Shown here in pieces: positions 20,587 to 26,384 of a DNA stretch of 26,384 nt. The notes below the pieces were generated by a model, which made no database searches, was not told where the DNA came from, and saw only the letters and a list, made by a program, of their open reading frames with translations. How positions within the stretch are numbered: position 1 is the stretch's first letter; each line of letters starts with the position of its first letter. The DNA lies in the IMG/VR virus record IMGVR_UViG_3300024518_001245, positions 1 to 26,384 of that record; one strand, given 5' to 3'. The DNA comes from a virus. Taxonomy: Duplodnaviria > Caudoviricetes. Both the position numbers and the translations under genes were made by a program.

Positions 20587-21933
20587 CTACCATTGGTCTA
20601 TCTCGGCAGTCATAGCTTTGTCGTCAAACGGATCGAAGTCGGTCTGTGCCTGAACCCCGAATGGTGTAGCGACCATTCCGGCTTCCTGGACAGCGACGTC
20701 ATGTGCGAATGTTAATGCGAGAGCGTCTGCATAGTTTGGCGAACCCATGCCACGCTCTTTCATTTCATCTTTGCTCTCCAACTTCATCCGACCGTCAGGT
20801 CGGTAGGCGTACATCGGAGTGCATAACTCGGCTTGAAGTTCAGGGTGGTCCGGCAAGACTCCTCGATCGTCCAGCCAAGCTCTTGTCTTGTCCCACATCT
20901 CCGTTCGTTTGTCGAAAAAGTGAATGTTGGTCGCTCTCCCTCCGAAGGCGACTTCCTCGATGCTATACCGTCGATCCCGGAGGATGTCTATGACCCCTTC
21001 GCCTCGACCGCCGTCGATGAAGGTCGCGTGAGGGTTGAAATCGTTGATCTCATTAGCCACCTGACCCGCCAGATAGATGTTGTCAACCTTCTTGAACATC
21101 ACCGGCATAAACGCCACAGGCCCCCAGCGGCGCTGGATAACGCTGAGATCGCCACCGAATCGTGCGACGTCGACACCGATAAGTTTCGGCAAACCGATGA
21201 GGTCGGCCTGCCCGCGAGCTTCCCTGGCAAGAGAATTCGTGATCATGTCGATTGTGATCAAAATATTGTCGCTGGAAGCGCTGAAGTCGCACAGGAACTC
21301 CTGGCGATAGGCCGCTTCCGACATCGTCTTCCGCGCCGCGGCCAGCTCTTTCTTGCTGATCACGTCGGTCTGGTCGACTCGATAAATGGCGGCATACCAT
21401 TCGGGATCTCTGGCCGCTTGACGGTAGAGCGTGTAGAAGAGATTCATGCCGCGAGGCGTGCCGATGAAGAGAGCCCAACCGTTGCGATCGGTCAGCGTCG
21501 GCCGGATGATTGTGCCCCACAACCCTTCGCGCATGTCGGCCACTTCGTCGAGCACGACACCATCGAGCCAGATGCCACGAAGAGACTCTGGATTGTCTGC
21601 ACCATAGAGTGAGATCTGCGCGCCGTTAGGCAGGCGGATCCAAAGCTCGGACTCATTGATGAGGCAACCAGGGATCGGCGCGCAGTAGTCCTTCAGGTAA
21701 TTCCAAGCGATGCGCTTCGCCTGCTTCAGGAACGGAGCGATGTATGCATACTGACCGTTAGGAAACGGGCAGCGAAGAGCGGCATCGATCAGCGTGTTGA
21801 TAGACAGCACCGTCTTTCCGCCTCGCCGATGAACGACCAGGACGGAGAAGCGATGCTTCAACATCTTCTTATGAATGTCACGCTGCCAGGGCCGAGGCTT
21901 ATACCCAGTCCTGACTTTCTGTAGAGGTCTCAC
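20587..21933 (-). CDS. terL: Terminase large subunit
   Basis: Walker A HRRGGKT, Walker B VVLDE, IGTPRG coupling motif, nuclease motifs GVDVARFGGD, IDGG and SPNYADALAL. Confidence 0.96.
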   Translation of the reverse strand: MRPLQKVRTGYKPRPWQRDIHKKMLKHRFSVLVVHRRGGKTVLSINTLIDAALRCPFPNGQYAYIAPFLKQAKRIAWNYLKDYCAPIPGCLINESELWIRLPNGAQISLYGADNPESLRGIWLDGVVLDEVADMREGLWGTIIRPTLTDRNGWALFIGTPRGMNLFYTLYRQAARDPEWYAAIYRVDQTDVISKKELAAARKTMSEAAYRQEFLCDFSASSDNILITIDMITNSLAREARGQADLIGLPKLIGVDVARFGGDLSVIQRRWGPVAFMPVMFKKVDNIYLAGQVANEINDFNPHATFIDGGRGEGVIDILRDRRYSIEEVAFGGRATNIHFFDKRTEMWDKTRAWLDDRGVLPDHPELQAELCTPMYAYRPDGRMKLESKDEMKERGMGSPNYADALALTFAHDVAVQEAGMVATPFGVQAQTDFDPFDDKAMTAEIDQW

Positions 21934-22211
21934 CTGTTAGGCGCCCTCATCTGAGCATTGGTCTCGTTGCGCAACTTGTTGACCGTGTCCTTCAGCTCCG
22001 AGTTCTCCTTCTTCAGCTCGGCGACATCATCCTGCAGCAGGCGAACCTGTTCGGACAGCGGCTTGCTTTCCCTGCTGGTCGACACCTTCGGCGACTTGCA
22101 GACTATCTCTTCTAGGATCTCTCGCGGGCCCTTTGCCTTGCAGTGCCCGCACTGATATATGCGAGGTTGATCAAACTCCGGTGACACCAGCCTTAGGAAT
22201 TGGTGCTGCAT
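21930..22211 (-). CDS. Hypothetical Zn-ribbon plus coiled-coil protein
   Basis: H...CGHC...C followed by a heptad region (VRLLQDDVAELKKENSELKDTVNKL); overlaps terS and terL. Confidence 0.7.
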   Translation of the reverse strand: MQHQFLRLVSPEFDQPRIYQCGHCKAKGPREILEEIVCKSPKVSTSRESKPLSEQVRLLQDDVAELKKENSELKDTVNKLRNETNAQMRAPNR

Positions 22212-22711
22212 TATTCAAGAACCTCCGGGTCGGGTGTCATGTCAACCTCTTCTTCGGCTTCTTCGACCGCCTCGCTTCCAGGCGCTCCACCGATCCCGCT
22301 CTCGACGATGATCGTTGTCTCCCCCTTCACTTGAGCATCAAGCGCGAGCCGATCACCATACGAGTCCGGCTTCAGCCTCGACACGAGCCACTTGCGATTC
22401 TCGGTCCTGAGCTTGTTCGCGAGGATCTCGTTCTTCTCCGGCACGCGCTCTTTGCCTGTCTCCGGGTCGAACATCATCTCGTCGGCGATGTCGACGATCT
22501 GCTCGGCAAACGTATGCACCATCGCGTCGCGAGCTTCGTGATATCGCGTGTTGAATTCTTCAGGGGCGCCCGAGTCCCCGTTAACCCAATTGTGGATCAC
22601 TCGTCGACAGGGGAATCCTTGGAGCGCAGAGATCTTCCGAATGGAGACTCCCTGCGATATGAGATCGAGCACTTGCTCTGCCAACTCATCTGTATACAGA
22701 AGTCCACTCAT
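22211..22711 (-). CDS. terS: Terminase small subunit (Sf6-like)
   Basis: YTDELAEQVLDLISQGVSIRKI...P....I.NW HTH; Y.EAR; IVDIAD; KLRTENRKW..SRL.P..YGDR. Confidence 0.88.
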   Translation of the reverse strand: MSGLLYTDELAEQVLDLISQGVSIRKISALQGFPCRRVIHNWVNGDSGAPEEFNTRYHEARDAMVHTFAEQIVDIADEMMFDPETGKERVPEKNEILANKLRTENRKWLVSRLKPDSYGDRLALDAQVKGETTIIVESGIGGAPGSEAVEEAEEEVDMTPDPEVLE

Positions 22712-22989
22712 AGCCTTCGCAGCATCCTTTCGAAGCCTTCGTTGAGACGCACCTTGGAATCAATCTCGGAGAGCTTGACAAGCATGTGCTCGGTCCTCCG
22801 ATCGGAAAAACTTCGAGTTATGCAATCCTCTTCCGCCATGATCTCGCGCCAGCACTCACTGCCGCAGTCGTTACACCTAACAACCGCCATCCCGTCGTCA
22901 GATGTCACAATGCAGTGCTCGTGCTCGCCGACTCGCTCGAACGCAACCGGGTTGAGAGGATGCGCTTGACTCGTATCGTATCTACCCAT
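22708..22989 (-). CDS. Hypothetical protein with HEHC..CNDC putative Zn site
   Basis: Re-started at ATG 22989, overlapping the upstream stop; ATGA overlap with terS. Confidence 0.6.
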   Translation of the reverse strand: MGRYDTSQAHPLNPVAFERVGEHEHCIVTSDDGMAVVRCNDCGSECWREIMAEEDCITRSFSDRRTEHMLVKLSEIDSKVRLNEGFERMLRRL

Positions 22990-23377
22990 TGAGCACCCCG
23001 GCATCAGGGATGACGTCAACCACAGGCCCAGACTCTCGGGTGCGTTTGATTACATCCCTGATGCTGTCCTTGTCGGGGATGTTGCTAGGCGCCTCCGGAT
23101 CGAGTCCCTTGCTGGCGATCAAGCTCTTGACTTGCCGGCGGGTCAGGCCAGGGAACATCGCGTACCTCGACTCCATGCTGGCGAGCGACGCCTCGACTAT
23201 GACATCGAGCGACCTCTCGAACTTCTCGATGTGCTGCCGGATCGAGAAAGCGTCCTCGGGTGATAGATGCTGGAGCAGCAAGCCTGAGACCGCTACGTGA
23301 ACCAATGGCACGTCCTGTTTGACTGCGGGGGTAGGATTCGGCTTCGGTCTCGCTTCGACCTTCGCTTTGATTCTCAT
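22982..23377 (-). CDS. Hypothetical protein, 131 aa
   Basis: ATGA overlap with the upstream gene; protein-like composition. Confidence 0.65.
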   Translation of the reverse strand: MRIKAKVEARPKPNPTPAVKQDVPLVHVAVSGLLLQHLSPEDAFSIRQHIEKFERSLDVIVEASLASMESRYAMFPGLTRRQVKSLIASKGLDPEAPSNIPDKDSIRDVIKRTRESGPVVDVIPDAGVLNG

Positions 23378-23676
23378 GGCAATAGCCTTACTGCGTCGAT
23401 AATCGCTGTGATCTGAACCTGTGTTAAATGAGTGGCGTCTGCGATCGGATCAATGCCGAGCCCAACCATCTCTAGGTCGAGCGCCGCCTGGGTTTCGTTC
23501 ACCAGCTGGTAGAAGTTCGTCACCTCCTGCCCTGGTATGCCCTGGCAGGCGTCTTGCCACGCCTGATCGAGCGCCGGCTTGATGTAGGCCAGGAACTTGT
23601 CGAGCAAGAACTTGTCCGCATCGCCTAACAACCCGTCCCACTCGGTCGTCCTGGTGTGAATAATTAAATCGGCCAT
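23374..23676 (-). CDS. Hypothetical helical acidic protein, 100 aa
   Basis: Re-started at ATG 23676 (GAGAGGA RBS, TGATG overlap): MADLIIHTRTTEWDG... Confidence 0.7.
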   Translation of the reverse strand: MADLIIHTRTTEWDGLLGDADKFLLDKFLAYIKPALDQAWQDACQGIPGQEVTNFYQLVNETQAALDLEMVGLGIDPIADATHLTQVQITAIIDAVRLLP

Positions 23677-23987
23677 CAGTTCCTCTCTCGTTCCGGCAGC
23701 AGTTCTACTATCTCGGTTGTGTAGGCTCCGCAGCGGATGCACCTTCGGTACGTGCCGGCCAAGCCATCAGCGTGGGCCGCCACCGTGTTAGGCGACGGGA
23801 TATGCTGCCTGTACTTGACGCAGTCTTCAGCGTGAGCAAAGTCGAGAAGCTTCCAGTTGGGATAGATGTTCAGCCAGTTGGTCTCAACCATCTCGGGCGT
23901 GAATCCCAGGAAGTCCGCGGCCTCTTGCTCTGGACTCATAAGATGCCCAGGCATGCCGGGCAGAGTCGCTATCTCGATGCCACTCAC
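23676..23987 (-). CDS. Hypothetical protein with H..C / CIRC putative Zn site
   Basis: GTG start in a TAGTG overlap; stop overlaps the next ATG. Confidence 0.65.
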   Translation of the reverse strand: MSGIEIATLPGMPGHLMSPEQEAADFLGFTPEMVETNWLNIYPNWKLLDFAHAEDCVKYRQHIPSPNTVAAHADGLAGTYRRCIRCGAYTTEIVELLPERERN

Positions 23988-25987
23988 TACTCGCCTCCGG
24001 TCACGGGCGGAACTTCGCCCTCGTCATCTTCATCGGGAAACGGCGGAGACACTACGCACTGGTCTGCTCGCAGCCTTCCAATCCGATCGCGGACAGCATT
24101 CTCTGGCGGCTGTGACCTACGTCTGATGACTTCGTTCGTGCCGCTAAAGCTCCCAAGCCATTCACCGTCCCGACGTCTCGCTGACACCCTGGAGCGGTCC
24201 AGGGCTGATGGTTGCGGCCGGCCGCTCGGCTCGACTGCGGTCTCTGCCGCAAAGTCCGGTACGTACTCGGAACTATCATACTCTTCGTAAGGCTCGCGCT
24301 CAGATCTCTGCTCTGAGTCGATGTCACAACCGTGATATTCCATGGAGACATGTAAGCCACCCACTTCATCGAGCGCTCCGCCTACATATGTGAAGTCGTC
24401 GACCTCGTTGTCGATCTCGGCTTCGATTCGGCGATGCCGCGCGAGTAGCTCATCGGCCTGCTCATTGAATTGAGCCAATGTTAGTTGAGGCCCCATCGGC
24501 TCGGGAGCCGACTCTCGGAGGCGATCGCCGCCGAGGTGATCACGCTGAGGATACAACCTTGAGTCGGGCGGGTTCCGGGTGCCGCCTATCATCATCCGGC
24601 CATCAATAAATCGATACTCGGTCTCCACATGATTCGCGGTTGACATCAACACCGCATCCGCGTCCCGCTGCTTTATCCTGATGGCGGCATGCATAGTGGT
24701 CCGCATCCCCTGCATTTCATCGTCCTGGTCTAAGCGCTCCGCCGACCGGCGAGAAAATAAAGCAGCGACAGGCCTACTGACTGTCATCCGTAGATTGCCC
24801 AGCGCATCATCGGGATCCTCCACGGTTAAGTATGTCGAGCGGTACGTGAGCGAGTGAGTGGTGTCTCCGTTGAGCACGTTGAATAGAGCCGGGTGTGTGG
24901 CATCACTAATCCAGTAGCTACCTATGCGCAGACTGGTGAACGTGCCTTCGGACGTCGGCGCAAGCGGACGCATCCCCTCGGCCACTCGGACGTGAAGCGT
25001 GCCGTCTCTGTGAGTTTTGACGCTGCGTACGCCCTCTGGACTCATCGATGCGTGGTCCGGGCATTCGTCCGGCATGAGTTCTTCGTACAGGCCGCGTAGA
25101 TGCTTGACCGCGCGATCCATCTCTCGATTAAACTCTTGAACCCTGCCGATACTTTGGGCGACGTCGATAGCTATCATGCCGCTCGGGTCTGACGGGTTGG
25201 CCATTGTTAGTTGGACGGAGAACGACTCCTCGCGATCCAGCCTCGTGATCGGCATGAACGGTATATGATCGAACCGCGTGTCTGGGATCCTGGTGGCGGT
25301 GCGATGCCAACGCATCTCACTCATATAGGCGTCGTTACGCATCATGCCCTCAGGTATGCCGAAGCTCGCGGCTATCGCATCCAGGCGCTCCCCCATGCAA
25401 CGCTGGTATTCACCATCTACGGTTCGCAAGGCCAGAGCCCTGTCGTACTCCTCGACGGTCGCATTGCCCCTCGGCTCTCGGGGTCCTGAGGTATAGCCGC
25501 GGAACTCGTCCGGTACTTCGTTACCGTGATCGGCGACGATGTCGACGTGATGGTTCACCAAGTCTTGGATGGTCTCCATCCTGTCCGTTGGGCCAGCGCC
25601 AGGACGTTCGCTTAGCAAGCAACCCATCAGTCGGACATTGCTGGCGGTGTCGAGCATCATCTCCATCAGCCAAGCGCGACGCGGCTCTTCGTCCCTCGCG
25701 ATACGGGCCACAGCGGTCACCTGCATCTCGTGCGGAATATCTCCCTGCCATTCGCTCTCTTGTGTCATCTCGTTAATCTGCTCCAGCGCTCGAAGTATCG
25801 TGGCGGTCGTAGATCTACCATAGCTGTCCGTGGAGCCTTCGACATGTCTCACCGCCATCTCGTCAGGATCGCCAGGGATGTGGACCGTGGACGTGCCGAA
25901 GAGCATCATCTCGCGCTGGAATCGCTCGGCTTCACCCTCGAACCATTCCGTGAACCATGCCGGCGCGCGACGATCAACGTATGTCAT
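23987..25987 (-). CDS. Hypothetical 666-aa Arg/Glu/Asp/Met-rich, lysine-poor protein
   Basis: 2 kb ORF coupled to both neighbours by ATGA and TAGTG overlaps; no family recognised. Confidence 0.8.
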   Translation of the reverse strand: MTYVDRRAPAWFTEWFEGEAERFQREMMLFGTSTVHIPGDPDEMAVRHVEGSTDSYGRSTTATILRALEQINEMTQESEWQGDIPHEMQVTAVARIARDEEPRRAWLMEMMLDTASNVRLMGCLLSERPGAGPTDRMETIQDLVNHHVDIVADHGNEVPDEFRGYTSGPREPRGNATVEEYDRALALRTVDGEYQRCMGERLDAIAASFGIPEGMMRNDAYMSEMRWHRTATRIPDTRFDHIPFMPITRLDREESFSVQLTMANPSDPSGMIAIDVAQSIGRVQEFNREMDRAVKHLRGLYEELMPDECPDHASMSPEGVRSVKTHRDGTLHVRVAEGMRPLAPTSEGTFTSLRIGSYWISDATHPALFNVLNGDTTHSLTYRSTYLTVEDPDDALGNLRMTVSRPVAALFSRRSAERLDQDDEMQGMRTTMHAAIRIKQRDADAVLMSTANHVETEYRFIDGRMMIGGTRNPPDSRLYPQRDHLGGDRLRESAPEPMGPQLTLAQFNEQADELLARHRRIEAEIDNEVDDFTYVGGALDEVGGLHVSMEYHGCDIDSEQRSEREPYEEYDSSEYVPDFAAETAVEPSGRPQPSALDRSRVSARRRDGEWLGSFSGTNEVIRRRSQPPENAVRDRIGRLRADQCVVSPPFPDEDDEGEVPPVTGGE

Positions 25988-26384
25988 CCGTTCGACCCGC
26001 TATCCCAAACGACCTGACCACCCAGAGCGTCGATGATCCTTGCGATCTCACACGTATGAGCGTGGCCGGTCTGCCCTTGGCCCTCCCAATCTAGGTTTGG
26101 GTTCTGCCCCCGGCACAACTGACAGACCTGTCCATCCTGCGCGGCCCACTCACGGTTCTCGATATAGGCAAGCGCCATTGCCGGCCCAGCGTCAATCATG
26201 ATCCTCGGAGCAGGGATGCGCTCGAAGTCGCCGCACCACTCGCCCCATCGGTCGCTGATCTTCGGCCAACCCGATCCATCGGTATGGGGATAGTTGGTGC
26301 CAATCGGCGCATGACGTCGGCAAGATCGGTTGCCGATCAAGAAGCGACAGGTCACGCACTTCTCTACGCCTTTAAGATCTCGCA
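25984..26384 (-). CDS. Cys-rich hypothetical phage protein, probably 5'-truncated by the window edge
   Basis: The frame stays open upstream of the listed GTG (RDLKGVEKCVTCRF), completing a CxxC. It continues CRRHAP..WP..EWCGDF, then a second CQLC..HAHTC module. Confidence 0.7.
   Translation of the reverse strand, partial: RDLKGVEKCVTCRFLIGNRSCRRHAPIGTNYPHTDGSGWPKISDRWGEWCGDFERIPAPRIMIDAGPAMALAYIENREWAAQDGQVCQLCRGQNPNLDWEGQGQTGHAHTCEIARIIDALGGQVVWDSGSNG

Noticed and set aside
10637-23742. ORF-track starts at 11344, 11781, 15711, 23019 and 23742
   Set aside because: They extend deep into upstream genes or the hairpin; downstream starts at 11257, 11706, 15693, 22989 and 23676 have RBS and/or stop-start overlaps
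1-26384. Diversity-generating retroelement, expected by analogy to BPP-1; also CRISPR arrays, tRNAs and integrase
   Set aside because: No reverse transcriptase, TR/VR pair, spaced repeat array, cloverleaf or recombinase motif seen; the window is almost fully coding
1-26384. Stop-codon reassignment as the reason no large ORF is listed at 1..8600
   Set aside because: The giant frame reads open in the standard code, and TAA, TAG and TGA all terminate genes at sensible junctions

Overview
A ~26 kb segment of a tailed (podovirus-type) phage or prophage, roughly 60% GC by eye, with every credible gene on the minus strand. From right to left: a cluster of small or unknown genes, terS, a Zn-ribbon gene, terL, portal, scaffold, a BPP-1-like major capsid and cement protein, tail tubular proteins A and B, and the T7/BPP-1-type internal virion (ejection) proteins. 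The ORF track misses the largest gene, a minus-strand frame from ~8619 that runs off the left edge (>=2873 codons). I translated most of it by hand. It is a polyvalent ejection protein carrying GNAT, HhH-glycosylase-like, second GNAT-like, ART-PolyVal-like and HExxH metallopeptidase modules, separated by recurring L-x-Q motifs. A 132-aa gene with its own Shine-Dalgarno sequence is overprinted in the +1 frame inside it (4662..5060), a candidate immunity or inhibitor gene for an injected enzyme. A 666-aa orphan with only 3 lysines also stands out. All family assignments come from motif recognition and gene order, not database searches.
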